A stretch of 64,000 nucleotides of DNA from Candidatus Eiseniibacteriota bacterium (GCA_044223005.1 JBGAML010000005.1:32001-96000), one strand, 5' to 3'. Shown: positions 16,985 to 27,227, counted from the stretch's first letter. Notes: generated by a model from the letters alone, not told the origin. Translations and numbers: made by a program.

Positions 16985-18973
16985 ATGCACTGCCCGCATG
17001 TCCTCGTCGCCGCCCTGCTCGCGGTCTCGCTCACGGCTTCCACCGCCGCCGCACAGGCTCCGCCGCCACCACCACCGCCACTCACGCCACTGCCGCCGCC
17101 CCCGCAGCCGGCGCAGAACCCGACCACGACGGCGAAGGTCAACCTCGGCAAGACGCTCTTCTGGGACGAGCAGCTGTCGTCGACGCACACGGTCGCCTGC
17201 GGTTCGTGTCACATGGCGTCCGCCGGTGGTGCCGACAGGCGCACACAGTTCGCGTCCGCGCACACCACGAACCCGGGGCTCGACGGTGTCGACTTCACCG
17301 CCGACGATGTGACGTCCTCGCCGGGCGTCGTCCTCAACGGGCCCGACGGCGCGTTCCAGTGGTCGTCGGTGTTCGGGCTGCAGCCGCAGGTGACGCCGCG
17401 CACGTCCATGTCGATGGTCAACTCCGGCTATCCGCCCGAGCTCTTCTGGGACGGCCGGGCACGCGGCTCGCTCGTGGATCCGGTGACGGGGGACACGACC
17501 ATGACGGCGGGCGCGGCGCTCGAGATCCAGGTGCTCGGGCCGCCGGCGTCGACGGTCGAGATGGGGCACGTGGGCCGCTCGTGGAGCGACGTGGTCGACC
17601 GCGTCACGCAGTCGACGCCGCTCGCGCTCACGACGGCGATCCCGGCGCCGCTCGCCGCCTGGATCGCGGGCCGCAGCTATCCGCAGCTCTTCGCGGAGGC
17701 CTTCGGCAGCGCGCAGGTCACGGCGTCACGTATCGCGATGGCCGTCGCGAGCTACGAACGTTCGCTGTTCTCGACGCAGGCCCCGATCGACTCGGTCATC
17801 GCGGGCACCACGACGCTGCGTCCCGACGAGGCGGCCGGACTGCAGCTCTTCCGGACGCTGCCCTGTGCGGGCTGCCACGGCGGCTCGCTCTTCTCGGACA
17901 ACGTCTACCACTACGACGGCGTGCGACCGGCCGCGGAGGACTCCGGCCGCGCGATCGTCACGCACGATCTCGCCAACCTCGGCGAGTTCCGCACTCCGAG
18001 CCTGCGCAACGTGGCGCTGCGGCCGGCGTTCATGCACGACGGCCGCTTCACGACGCTGGCCCAGGTGGTCGATTTCTACGATCGCGGCGGCGACTTCAAC
18101 GCGCCGAACAAGTCGCCGGCCGTGCACCCGCTCGGGCTCACGCCCACGCAGAAGGCCCAGCTCGTCGCGTTCATGGGCCGGCCGCTCACCGATCCGCGCG
18201 TCGCCGCGGAGCAGGCGCCGTTCGACCGGCCCGGCCTCTATGCCGAAAGTGCGTGGGTCCCGGAGATCCTGGCCGGTAGTATCGCCGGCGGTTCCGGCGC
18301 GACGCCGCAGCCCGTCGCGCTCGAGCCCGCGCTCACGGGGAATCCTTCCTTCACGGTCGGCGTGGCCGGCGCCCTCGGTGGCGCTGCTGCAGTGCTGGTC
18401 GTCGACGCGAACGAGCCCCCGGCGTCGGGCGGAATTCCCGCGAGCGGCTCCTTCGCGCGCGTGACGACGACGCTGCAGGGTTCGGGCGCCGCGGGCGGCT
18501 GGGGTTCGGTGACGCTCGCGATCCCCGACGGCGCCGCGCTGCGCGGCACGACGCTCCATGCGCGCTGGTACGTGAGCGATCCCGCGGCGGCCGGCGGTGT
18601 GGCGTCGTCGCCCGCGATCCGCATCCGCGTGTTCGGGCCCTACGGCAGCGGCGCCGTCACGAGCGCTCCGTCCGTGGCCACCGGGGACGGCCGCGTGATG
18701 CACCTGTACGCGAACACGCCGAACCCGTTCCCGTCGTCCACGACGCTGCATTTCGATCTCTATCGCACCGAGGACGTGCGCGTCGCCGTCTACGATCTCG
18801 GCGGCCGCCGCGTCCGCACGCTCATGGATCGGGCCGCGGCCCCGTCGGGCCGGTACACGCTCGGCTGGGACGGGCGCGACGACGGTGGGCGGGACGTCGC
18901 GGGCGGCGTCTACTTCTGCCGGCTCGAGACCGCGCACGACGCGCAGACGACGCGCATGGTCCGCGTACGCTGA
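16985..18973 (+). CDS. Secreted di-heme cytochrome c peroxidase/MauG-family protein with C-terminal FlgD-Ig/T9SS-like domain
   Basis: Signal peptide; LGKTLFWD..LS..ACGSCH, FWDGRA, CAGCH, FRTPSLRNV..FMHDG; tail PNPF..YDLGGRRV..WDGRD..GVYFCRL. Confidence 0.9.
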   Translation: MHCPHVLVAALLAVSLTASTAAAQAPPPPPPPLTPLPPPPQPAQNPTTTAKVNLGKTLFWDEQLSSTHTVACGSCHMASAGGADRRTQFASAHTTNPGLDGVDFTADDVTSSPGVVLNGPDGAFQWSSVFGLQPQVTPRTSMSMVNSGYPPELFWDGRARGSLVDPVTGDTTMTAGAALEIQVLGPPASTVEMGHVGRSWSDVVDRVTQSTPLALTTAIPAPLAAWIAGRSYPQLFAEAFGSAQVTASRIAMAVASYERSLFSTQAPIDSVIAGTTTLRPDEAAGLQLFRTLPCAGCHGGSLFSDNVYHYDGVRPAAEDSGRAIVTHDLANLGEFRTPSLRNVALRPAFMHDGRFTTLAQVVDFYDRGGDFNAPNKSPAVHPLGLTPTQKAQLVAFMGRPLTDPRVAAEQAPFDRPGLYAESAWVPEILAGSIAGGSGATPQPVALEPALTGNPSFTVGVAGALGGAAAVLVVDANEPPASGGIPASGSFARVTTTLQGSGAAGGWGSVTLAIPDGAALRGTTLHARWYVSDPAAAGGVASSPAIRIRVFGPYGSGAVTSAPSVATGDGRVMHLYANTPNPFPSSTTLHFDLYRTEDVRVAVYDLGGRRVRTLMDRAAAPSGRYTLGWDGRDDGGRDVAGGVYFCRLETAHDAQTTRMVRVR

Positions 18974-18989
18974 CCTCCGGCGGGGTAAA

Positions 18990-19022
18990 GCGTGCGGCCG
19001 CCCCGTGAGGGCGGCCGCACGC
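18990..19022. terminator. Perfect 14-bp hairpin between convergent genes
   Basis: GCGTGCGGCCGCCC-CGTGA-GGGCGGCCGCACGC. Confidence 0.7.
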
Positions 19023-19026
19023 CGCT

Positions 19027-20049
19027 TCAGCCCTTTGCGGCGCTCGTCCTGCGACGGGCGCGACGCCACGCGCCGGGCGAGACTCCGGTCGAGCGCTTGA
19101 ACGCGCGCGAGAAGGCGGCTTCGCTCTCGTAGCCCACGTCGAGCGCGATCTCGATCAGCGTCGCGTCGGTGTCGCGCAGCCGGCCGGCCGCGAGCTGCAT
19201 GCGCCACGCGGCAAGGTACTGCATGGGCCCCTGGCCCAACAGGTGCGCGAAGCGTTCGTGCAGCACCGAGCGCGAGAGCCCGGCCTGCTCGCCGAGCGCC
19301 TCGGAGGTCCAGTCCTCGGCGGGGCGTTCGTGCAGGAGGGCGAGGGCGCGCCCCACGGCGGGATCGCGCAGCCCCGCGAGCCAACCGGTCTGCTCGGGGG
19401 GCAGCGCGTCGACGTAGCGCCGCAGCGCGTGCACGAACATCATCTCGCTCATGCGCTCGAGCATCGCCTCGCCACCGGGCCGGCGCCGGTTCGATTCCTC
19501 GACGACCTGGTGGAGGAAGCCGCCGATCCACGCGTCGCGTCCGGTCGCGGCGCCGTTCAGCGTGAGCATGCGCGGCAGCGCCGCGAGCAGCGGGTTGAAC
19601 GGCCGCGCGTCGCAGCCGAGGAAGCCGCAGACGATCACCGCCTCGTCCTCGCCACCACCGTCGAGGCGCGCGCTGGACACGCCGGGCGTGCCGATCTGCA
19701 TCGCGAACGGCAGCTGTGGCGGCCGCGGCGAAAAGTAGGTCGCCATGTCCTCGGGTTCGGCGCGCATGCCCGGCGCGCTCGAGACCACGTGGGGATCGCC
19801 CTGCGGGAAGAGCACCACGTCGCCCGCGTCGAGCCGCACCGGCGATTCGCCGGTGATCGCGACCCAGCACGAACCCTGAGCGACGCCGTGGAACTCCATC
19901 AGGTGCTCGGCTCCCGGCATCATCCGGGGAATGACGTCGCACGCAGGCGGCGCCTCGGCCACCCACGGACTCGTGCCCTCGATGTAGTAGTAGAGCGCCG
20001 CGCGCAGGCGCACCGCGCGCAACAGGTCGGACAGCGTGTCGCCGCTCAT
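19027..20049 (-). CDS. AraC-family regulator with N-terminal cupin_6 domain (RclR-like)
   Basis: DTLSDLLRAVRL; FHGVAQGSCW; WLAGLRDP..GRAL; GYESEAAFSRAFKR. Confidence 0.92.
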   Translation of the reverse strand: MSGDTLSDLLRAVRLRAALYYYIEGTSPWVAEAPPACDVIPRMMPGAEHLMEFHGVAQGSCWVAITGESPVRLDAGDVVLFPQGDPHVVSSAPGMRAEPEDMATYFSPRPPQLPFAMQIGTPGVSSARLDGGGEDEAVIVCGFLGCDARPFNPLLAALPRMLTLNGAATGRDAWIGGFLHQVVEESNRRRPGGEAMLERMSEMMFVHALRRYVDALPPEQTGWLAGLRDPAVGRALALLHERPAEDWTSEALGEQAGLSRSVLHERFAHLLGQGPMQYLAAWRMQLAAGRLRDTDATLIEIALDVGYESEAAFSRAFKRSTGVSPGAWRRARRRTSAAKG

Positions 20050-20091
20050 CGCTCCCCCCAACGGAGTGTCCGCGGGGGAGATCCCCGCGCC

Positions 20092-20186
20092 GCTTGCCGG
20101 ACGTCCGGTCAAATCTTCCCGACGCCCGGCAAGCCGTCAACCCCTCGCTTCCGGGCATCCTCCGCCGCGTGGGAATGGTCCCACGC
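20092..20186 (+). promoter_or_regulatory. AraC-type operator (21-bp-phased GACG-N4-5-CAA boxes) plus leader hairpin
   Basis: GGACG at 20099 and CGACG at 20120; hairpin GCGTGGGA-ATGG-TCCCACGC at 20167-20186. The same block recurs at 38529-38615 on the minus strand. Confidence 0.7.
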
Positions 20187-20207
20187 TCCATCCATCCGGA
20201 GGATTCC

Positions 20208-21053
20208 ATGACGACGCTTCCTTCCACCGGCCAGCCGGGCCCGCCTGCGCTGCCGGACTTCGCTGCCATCAAGACGCGCCAGCAGGCGACCTGGTCCTCA
20301 GGCGATTTCGGGCAGATCGGCTCGCGCCTGCAGATCGTGGGCGAATCGCTGTGCGAAGCGGTGAACCTGCGCTCGGGCGAACGCGTGCTCGACGTCGCCG
20401 CCGGCAACGGCAACGCGGCGCTCGCCGCGGCACGCCGTTTCGCCGACGTGGTCGCCGCCGACTACGTGCCGGGCCTGCTCGACCAGGCGCGTCGGCGAGC
20501 GTGGGCCGACGGGCTGCCGCTCGTCACGCGCGTCGCGGACGCCGAGGCGTTGCCGTTTCCCGACGCATCGTTCGACGTCACACTGTCCACGTTCGGGGTG
20601 ATGTTCGCCCCACAGCCCGAGCGCGCGGCCTCCGAGCTCCTGCGCGTCACCAAGCCCGGGGGACGCATCGGGCTCGCCAACTGGACGCCCGAGGGCTTCA
20701 TCGGCGAACTGTTCCGCCTCGTCGGCCGCTACGTGCCGCCGCCGCCGGGGCTGGCGCCGCCCTCGGCGTGGGGGAGCGAGACGCGCCTCGTGGAGCTGTT
20801 CGGTCCGCACGCCCGCAGCCTCCGGGCGAAGCGGCGCGACTACGCGTTCCGGTTCCTGGGTGCGGGGCACTGGATCGACATCTTCCGCCGCTACTACGGC
20901 CCGGTGCACCTGGCGTTCGCGGTGCTCGACGAGCCGCGCCGCCAGGAACTCGCGTACGAACTGACGGAACTCCTGCAGCGCCACAATCGCGACGAGCACG
21001 GCACGCTGGTGGTGCCGGGTGAGTACCTCGAGGTCGTGATCGAGCGCGCCTGA
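20208..21053 (+). CDS. Class I SAM-dependent methyltransferase (UbiE-like)
   Basis: GGAGG RBS; QQATWSSGD, VLDVAAGNGN, DAEALPF, STFGVMFAP, NWTPEGFIG. Confidence 0.92.
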   Translation: MTTLPSTGQPGPPALPDFAAIKTRQQATWSSGDFGQIGSRLQIVGESLCEAVNLRSGERVLDVAAGNGNAALAAARRFADVVAADYVPGLLDQARRRAWADGLPLVTRVADAEALPFPDASFDVTLSTFGVMFAPQPERAASELLRVTKPGGRIGLANWTPEGFIGELFRLVGRYVPPPPGLAPPSAWGSETRLVELFGPHARSLRAKRRDYAFRFLGAGHWIDIFRRYYGPVHLAFAVLDEPRRQELAYELTELLQRHNRDEHGTLVVPGEYLEVVIERA

Positions 21054-21160
21054 TCGCCGTCCCCGGCCGCGGGCCTCGCCGGCCCGCGGCCGCCGGCGTG
21101 ACACGGCGCCCTGCTCGTGGTGGAGTGACGGCTCCCGGTCGTGTCCCTGCGGAGGCTGGC

Positions 21161-22084
21161 ATGCACGTTCTCGACAGCATCGGCCGCACGTCCCTCGTCG
21201 AGCTGCGGCGCGTCGTGCCCCCGGGCTCCGCACGCGTGCTGGCCAAGCTCGAGTGGGAGAACCCCACGGGCAGCATGAAGGATCGCATGGCGCTCGCCGT
21301 GATCGACCGCGCCGCGGCCGCCGGCCGGCTCGCTCCGGGGGGCACGGTCGTCGAGTACACGGGCGGGAGCACGGGCGCCTCGCTCGCGCTGGTGTGCGCG
21401 GTGCGCGGGTATCGGCTGCGCATCGTCACTTCCGATGCCTTCAGCCGCGAGAAGCGCGACCAGATGGCCGCGCTCGGCGCGGTGCTGACGCTCGTGGTGA
21501 GCGAGGGCGGGCTCACGACGCGGCAACTGATCCTCGACATGATCGCGAAGGCCCGCGAACTCGCCACGGCGCCCGGCACCTGGTGGGTCGACCAGCTCCA
21601 CAACCCCGACGCCATCGCGGGCTACCACCCGCTCGGCGAGGAGGTCGTGGCGGCGACGGGAGGGAGCCTCGACGCGTTCGTGCACTCCGTCGGCACGGCC
21701 GCCTCGCTCCGGGGCGTGGCCGAGGTGCTCGCCTCGCGTTCCCCGGACGCCCGCATCGTCGCGGTGGAGCCCGCGGAATCGGCGGTCCTCGGAGGCGGGC
21801 CAGCCGGTCCACACAAGATCGAGGGCATCGGCATCGGATACACGCCTCCGCTCTGGGAGCCCTCGCTCGTGCACGCGATCGAAGCCGTGCCGACGGCCGA
21901 CGCCAAGGCGATGACGAGGCGGCTGGCGCGCGAGGAGGGGCTCTTCGCGGGGACGTCTTCGGGCGCCAACGTGATCGCGGCCCTCCGGGTCGCCGCCCGG
22001 CTCGGCCCCGGCGCCACCGTCGTCACGCTGCTCTGCGACTCGGGCCTCAAGTACGTGAACACCGACGTCTACCGCACCGCTTGA
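21161..22084 (+). CDS. PLP-dependent cysteine synthase family protein
   Basis: KLEWENPTGSMKDR, EYTGGSTG, SVGTAA, HKIEGIG, GTSSGAN, DSGLKY. Confidence 0.9.
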   Translation: MHVLDSIGRTSLVELRRVVPPGSARVLAKLEWENPTGSMKDRMALAVIDRAAAAGRLAPGGTVVEYTGGSTGASLALVCAVRGYRLRIVTSDAFSREKRDQMAALGAVLTLVVSEGGLTTRQLILDMIAKARELATAPGTWWVDQLHNPDAIAGYHPLGEEVVAATGGSLDAFVHSVGTAASLRGVAEVLASRSPDARIVAVEPAESAVLGGGPAGPHKIEGIGIGYTPPLWEPSLVHAIEAVPTADAKAMTRRLAREEGLFAGTSSGANVIAALRVAARLGPGATVVTLLCDSGLKYVNTDVYRTA

Positions 22085-22097
22085 ACGGAGAGACCGC

Positions 22098-23153
22098 ATG
22101 CCCCACGCACGCTCGCTCGTACGCCTGTTCCGCCGCGCCGTTCCCGGCGTGCTGCTCCTCCTTCTCCTGCTCGCGCCGCGGGCGGCACACGCCGGTTCGC
22201 GAGCCGAGGCACCGATCGCGCGCCGTCCGTTCGTGGTCGACGTGAACGGCCGCTGGATCGGCCACGGCGTCGCCTACGGACCGCACCGCGACGGCCAGTC
22301 CCCGGACGGCGCGCAGCCATCGCCCGCGGAACTCGAAGCCGACCTGCGCCAGATCGCGGCGCACTGGCCGCTGCTGCGCATGTACGGTTCGCGGGGCGCC
22401 ACAGAAGAGGTGCTCCGGATCGTCCGCCGGACGGGACTCGATCTGCACGTCGTCGTCGGCGCGTGGCTCGCGCCGGAGGAGCGTCGCGATTCGACGGGAG
22501 CGATCGTGCAGCGCTTCCCGGCCGCGGTGGCCGCGAACCGCGCGGAGCTCGAGACCGCGATCCGGCTCGCGAACCGTCATCCCGGGATCGTGTCCGCGAT
22601 CGCGGTGGGCAACGAGACGCAGGTGTCGTGGTCCGATCATCGCGTGCCCACGGCGCTCCTGCTCGCGGAGCTGCGCGAGGCGCGCAGGCGGACGCGCGTG
22701 CCGGTCACCACCGCCGACGACTTCAACTTCTGGAACAAGCCCGAGAGCGTCCCGGTCGCGGCCGTGGTCGACTTCATCTTCCTGCACGCGCATCCGCTCT
22801 GGAACGGATGCCAGCTCGAGAACGCGATCGACTGGACCGACCGCACCGTCGGCTCGATCCGCGACGCCCATCCCGGCGTGCCGATCGTGCTGGGGGAGAC
22901 CGGATGGGCGACGTCGGTCGGCCACGAGGGCGACCAGGGCAAGCTGATCCACGGTCGCGTGGGCGAGGAGGAGCAGTCGGCGTTCCTCGATTCGATCACG
23001 GCGTGGGTGGCGCGCACGCACACGCCCACGCTGGTGTTCGAGGCCTACGACGAGAACTGGAAGGGTGGACCCCACACCGAGGACGTCGAGAAGCACTGGG
23101 GCTTCTTCCACGCCGACCGCACGCCCAAGCGGGCGATGCAGCCGCGGCGCTGA
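22098..23153 (+). CDS. Exported glycoside hydrolase family 17 (beta-1,3-glucanase-like)
   Basis: Signal peptide; AYGPHRDGQSP, LRMYG, catalytic VGNE and GETGW, FEAYDENWK, EKHWG. Confidence 0.85.
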   Translation: MPHARSLVRLFRRAVPGVLLLLLLLAPRAAHAGSRAEAPIARRPFVVDVNGRWIGHGVAYGPHRDGQSPDGAQPSPAELEADLRQIAAHWPLLRMYGSRGATEEVLRIVRRTGLDLHVVVGAWLAPEERRDSTGAIVQRFPAAVAANRAELETAIRLANRHPGIVSAIAVGNETQVSWSDHRVPTALLLAELREARRRTRVPVTTADDFNFWNKPESVPVAAVVDFIFLHAHPLWNGCQLENAIDWTDRTVGSIRDAHPGVPIVLGETGWATSVGHEGDQGKLIHGRVGEEEQSAFLDSITAWVARTHTPTLVFEAYDENWKGGPHTEDVEKHWGFFHADRTPKRAMQPRR

Positions 23154-23163
23154 GCGGCGACCG

Positions 23164-25572
23164 TTACTTCGGCGGGCCGAGCCGCGACTCGTACGACGCG
23201 GCGAGCGCGGGCCGGCCCCACGCTCGGTAGAACTCGGCCATGCGCTTCAGGATCGCCCGGGTCACCACGTGTTCGGCGCCGAGTGCCTTCTCGTCGGCGG
23301 CGAGCGCGATGCGGAAGAGCGGCTCGGCTTCGGCATAGCGCTTCTGGTGGAACAACGCGGTGGCGATCCCGAACCGCACATAGGCCACGTCCGGGTGGTC
23401 CGGCCCCAGTTGCGGGAGCAGCCGCCGCAACGCCTCCCGGTCGCAGCGCTCCGCCTCGACGAAGTCCTTCCGCATGCCCGCGACCGCGCCCATGTTCGCG
23501 TACGTGCGGCCGACGGGCTCCGAATCGTCCCCGAGCGCCCGGCGGCGGATCTCGAGCGCCTGTGCGAGGAGCTCCGAGGTGCGGTCGAGACGCCCCATGC
23601 GGAAGTAGACGCCGCCCAGGTTCTCGATCGAGGTGGCGGTCATCGGGTGATCGGGGCCGTACACGGCTTTCGACACGTCGATGACTTCGCGAAGCGTCGA
23701 CTCGGCCGCGGCGAGGCGACCGGCCTGGCTCAGGGCCACGGCGTAGTCGGCGAGCGCGTTCTCGAGCATCCCGGAGGCGCTCGGGCGCACGCGGCGCGCG
23801 ACGCGCACGCGCTCGGCGTCCTGGGCCAGCATCGTGGTCGTGTCGTTCTCGGCGAGCGCCACGGCGGCCAGCGCCGAGCGCGCCACGCTCTCCACCTCGT
23901 CGAGATCCACGTTGCCCGTCGGGTGGCCCCGCTGGCGATCCACGATCGCCAGCATCTGGTTCGACACGGTCTTCGCCTCGGCGTTCTTCGCCTGGCTGGC
24001 CAGCGCGATCGCGAGGTTCGCGAGCGCGGTGGCCGTCTCGGGCGAGTCCTCGCCATTCGAAACGCGGTAGCGCGCGACGGCGTCCCGGGCGAGGCTTTCG
24101 GCCTCGGGATACCGGGCCTGCATGTAGGCCGACACCGACAGGGCCGACAGCGCCTGCGCGATGTCGGCACCCGCCGATCCCGGTAGTCCCGTCCGCAGCG
24201 CGATCGTGTGTCGCAGGATCGAATCGGCCACAGCGAACTCGCCGAGGCCGGCGAGCGTGTTGCCGATCGTCTGCAGCACGGCGGCCTCGATCGCGGGCTC
24301 GTTCGCGAATGCCGCGTGCGCCTGCCGCTGCGCCCCGTGCAGGGCGTCCAGCAGCGTCACCGAGCGACCGCCGTGCCGCCACGGGTCGGCGCCGCCCAGC
24401 GCGTCGATGAGGAAGCGGTTGATCGCCTCGGCCTTCTTCGCCTCGGCGGTGGCCCGATCGCGCTCGATCCGCACGCGCCGCGACTGCACGACGAACGACA
24501 CGAGCAGGCCGACCAGCAGCAGCGCGATAGTGCCGAGCGCGACGAAGCGCCCCTTGTGCCGCGACACCAGCTTGCGGACCTGGTAGCTCGCGGAGGGCGG
24601 GTGGGCGAGGATCGGCCGGTTCGCGAGGAGCCGCTCGACGTCCTCGGCGAGCGCGTCCGCGCTCGCATAGCGGCGGTCCGGCTCCTTCTCGAGCGCTTTG
24701 CCGACGATCGTCTCCAGGTCGGGATCGAGTGGCACGCCGGGAGCGCTGGCGCGCAGGCTGCGCGGCGCCGCCTCACAGATCGTCTGCAGGGCCTTGAGCA
24801 GCGGCACGCCCGCCGTGTCGTAAGGCAGGCGGCAGGTGAGCATTTCGAACAACACGACGCCCAGCGCGTAGACGTCGCTGCGCAGGTCGATGTCGCGCGA
24901 GTCGCCGCGCGTCTGCTCCGGGCTCATGTACGGCAGCGTGCCCCGGATCGCGCCCGCGTCGGTGGAGAGCGAGGCCGCGAGGTCGCCGTCGGTCACTCGC
25001 GCGAGCCCGAAGTCCAGCACCTTGACCGCGCCCTCGGGCGTCACCACGAGGTTCGACGGCTTGAGGTCGCGATGAATCACGCCGCGCTGGTGCGCGTAGT
25101 GGACGGCGCGGGCGATCGTCACGAACAGCCGCAGGCGTTCGCGCACCTGCTCGCGCACCGGGCGCTCGGCGCCGAGCTTCTCGCGCACCCACGTGCTCAG
25201 CGTCCGCCCCGGCACCAGTTCCATGGTGAAGAAGTCGAGCCCGTCTTCGGTGCGGCCCGCTTCGTAGATCGCCGCGATCGTGGGATGCGCGAGCCGGGCG
25301 AGCGTCTCGGTCTCCCGCCGGAAGAGCCGCAACGACACCTCGTCCACGAGCCGCCCGCCGCGGATCACCTTGAGCGCCACGCGGCGCTTCGGGTTCTGCT
25401 GCTCGGCCTCGTAGACGATGCCCATTCCGCCTTCGCCGAGCTTGCCCAGGATCCGGAAGCCCGCGATCTGTTCCCGGGTGGGGTTCGCGCCCGGTGCGGC
25501 CGTCGGCACGTCGCGGACGTCGAGCGTGGGATCGTCGGGCGAGGGCGGAACCGGCGGTGCGTCGTCGGCCAT
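23164..25572 (-). CDS. Membrane Ser/Thr protein kinase with C-terminal TPR repeats
   Basis: LGEGGMGIVY, VALK, HRDLKPSN, DFGLA, GTLPYMSPEQ; TM helix; TPR_12-like repeats (GPDHP). Confidence 0.93.
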   Translation of the reverse strand: MADDAPPVPPSPDDPTLDVRDVPTAAPGANPTREQIAGFRILGKLGEGGMGIVYEAEQQNPKRRVALKVIRGGRLVDEVSLRLFRRETETLARLAHPTIAAIYEAGRTEDGLDFFTMELVPGRTLSTWVREKLGAERPVREQVRERLRLFVTIARAVHYAHQRGVIHRDLKPSNLVVTPEGAVKVLDFGLARVTDGDLAASLSTDAGAIRGTLPYMSPEQTRGDSRDIDLRSDVYALGVVLFEMLTCRLPYDTAGVPLLKALQTICEAAPRSLRASAPGVPLDPDLETIVGKALEKEPDRRYASADALAEDVERLLANRPILAHPPSASYQVRKLVSRHKGRFVALGTIALLLVGLLVSFVVQSRRVRIERDRATAEAKKAEAINRFLIDALGGADPWRHGGRSVTLLDALHGAQRQAHAAFANEPAIEAAVLQTIGNTLAGLGEFAVADSILRHTIALRTGLPGSAGADIAQALSALSVSAYMQARYPEAESLARDAVARYRVSNGEDSPETATALANLAIALASQAKNAEAKTVSNQMLAIVDRQRGHPTGNVDLDEVESVARSALAAVALAENDTTTMLAQDAERVRVARRVRPSASGMLENALADYAVALSQAGRLAAAESTLREVIDVSKAVYGPDHPMTATSIENLGGVYFRMGRLDRTSELLAQALEIRRRALGDDSEPVGRTYANMGAVAGMRKDFVEAERCDREALRRLLPQLGPDHPDVAYVRFGIATALFHQKRYAEAEPLFRIALAADEKALGAEHVVTRAILKRMAEFYRAWGRPALAASYESRLGPPK

Positions 25573-25754
25573 GATCGGACTCCCGGGGAGGAGTGGCGCG
25601 CGCGCCACCGGTCGCGGGGCGCGAGTCATCGGGAGCGGCACGCTACCGTTCGCGTGAAGGATTCCCAAGCACAATCGCCCGCCGCCACCGGCCGGGGCTT
25701 CGGCACCGACGGAGCAGCGCACGCGCCCGGTCATGAGGTAACGTGCTCGCCGCC

Positions 25755-26807
25755 ATGTCCGACACGCCCGAGCAGGATCCTCCGCGCCGCCGGCGCCCGC
25801 GCTATGCGGGCACGCATCCGCGCCGGTTCGAGGAGAAGTACAAGGAGCTCGCGCCCGAGCAGTATCCGGGCATCGTCGAGCACGTCCGCGCCAAGGGCCG
25901 AACGCCTGCCGGGCAGCACGTGCCGATCCTCGTCGCGGAGATCCTCGACGTCCTCGCGCCGCGCCCGGGGGAGCGGGCCGTGGACGCGACCCTGGGCTGG
26001 GGCGGTCATGCCGAACGGCTGCTCGAACGGCTACGGCCGGGCGGTGCGCTGCTCGGCCTCGACGCCGATCCGGTGCAGCTGCCGCGCGCCGAGGCCCGGC
26101 TGCGCGCGCTCGGCTTCGGCGTCGAGGAGTTCGGTGTGCTCCGCACCAACTTCGCGGGGCTCGCGGCGGCGATCGCGACGCGGGGCTGGAGCGACGGCGT
26201 GGACGTCGTCCTCGCGGACCTGGGACTTTCGTCCATGCAGATCGACGATCCCGCGCGTGGGTTCACGTTCGCCGACGACGGGCCGCTCGACATGCGCATG
26301 AATCCCGCCCGCGGCCTGCCGGCCGCCGACTGGCTCGCGCGCGTGAGCGAGCCCGAGCTCGCGCGCGTGCTCGCGGAGAACGCCGACGAGCCGCTCGCCG
26401 AACGCATCGCGACGGAGCTCGCGCGGAGGGCCGCGGCACTCCGCACGACCCGCGCTTTGGCGGACGCCGTGCGGGACGCGGTCACCGGGCACGCCCGCCC
26501 CGAGGACGCCGACGATCACGTGCGGCGGACGTTCCAGGCCGTCCGCATCGCGATCAACGACGAGTTCGGGGCGCTCGAGGCCTTCCTGAGGGCACTGCCG
26601 GGCAGCGTGCGTCCCGGTGGCCGTGTGGCGATCCTCTCGTTCCACTCCGGCGAGGACCGGCGCGTGAAGCACGCGTTCGCGGACGGGCGCCGCGACGGCA
26701 CATGGAGCGAGGTCGCGGCCGACGTGGTGCGCGCGGGCCCACAGGAGCGGCGGGACAATCCGCGGTCGCGCCCGGCCAAGCTGCGCTGGGCCCGACGCGC
26801 GGGCTGA
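25755..26807 (+). CDS. rsmH: 16S rRNA m4C1402 methyltransferase RsmH, long-N-terminus type
   Basis: HVPIL, DATLGWGGH, ADLGLSSMQID, PLDMRM, FQAVRIAIN, SFHSGEDRRVK, NPRSRPAKLR. Confidence 0.9.
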   Translation: MSDTPEQDPPRRRRPRYAGTHPRRFEEKYKELAPEQYPGIVEHVRAKGRTPAGQHVPILVAEILDVLAPRPGERAVDATLGWGGHAERLLERLRPGGALLGLDADPVQLPRAEARLRALGFGVEEFGVLRTNFAGLAAAIATRGWSDGVDVVLADLGLSSMQIDDPARGFTFADDGPLDMRMNPARGLPAADWLARVSEPELARVLAENADEPLAERIATELARRAAALRTTRALADAVRDAVTGHARPEDADDHVRRTFQAVRIAINDEFGALEAFLRALPGSVRPGGRVAILSFHSGEDRRVKHAFADGRRDGTWSEVAADVVRAGPQERRDNPRSRPAKLRWARRAG

Positions 26808-26813
26808 AGCGGC

Positions 26814-27227
26814 TCAGCAGCGCAGCGCGCGCCGGATCACGAGGCGCAAGCCCGACCAGGTGTCGTCGATCGCACACACCTTGTTGTCCACGAGGCCGGT
26901 CGGCAGCGCGATCGCGCGCACGACGTTCTCCGTGACGTCGGTCTCGACGCCGGAGCTCTTCTTCGGCCACGCGACCCAGAAGCCCGCGGCGGGCGCCATG
27001 CGCCGGCGAACGGCCGCGAGGCGCCGCTCGAGGTCGGCGCGTCGGGTCACGAACAGCACCACGACGTCCAGCGGGAGCCGGCCGCGCAGGTCGGAACTGC
27101 GTTCGACGTCGTCCGGCAACTCGCCGAGCGTGCGCTCGAAGCCTCCCGGCGCGTCGAGCACGGCGAGGCGCACGCCGGCGACGATGCCGAGCTTGCGGGG
27201 GAGTGGAGTTCCGGAGTAGCCGGCCAT
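26814..27227 (-). CDS. DUF3052 family protein
   Basis: MAGYSGTPLPRKLGI; WVAWPKKSSGV; GLVDNKVCAID..WSGLRLV. Confidence 0.88.
   Translation of the reverse strand: MAGYSGTPLPRKLGIVAGVRLAVLDAPGGFERTLGELPDDVERSSDLRGRLPLDVVVLFVTRRADLERRLAAVRRRMAPAAGFWVAWPKKSSGVETDVTENVVRAIALPTGLVDNKVCAIDDTWSGLRLVIRRALRC

Noticed and set aside
23164..25572. Ser/Thr kinase as part of a kinase-ECF or defence module
   Set aside because: No adjacent ECF, phosphatase or defence genes; the kinase-TM-TPR architecture is common.
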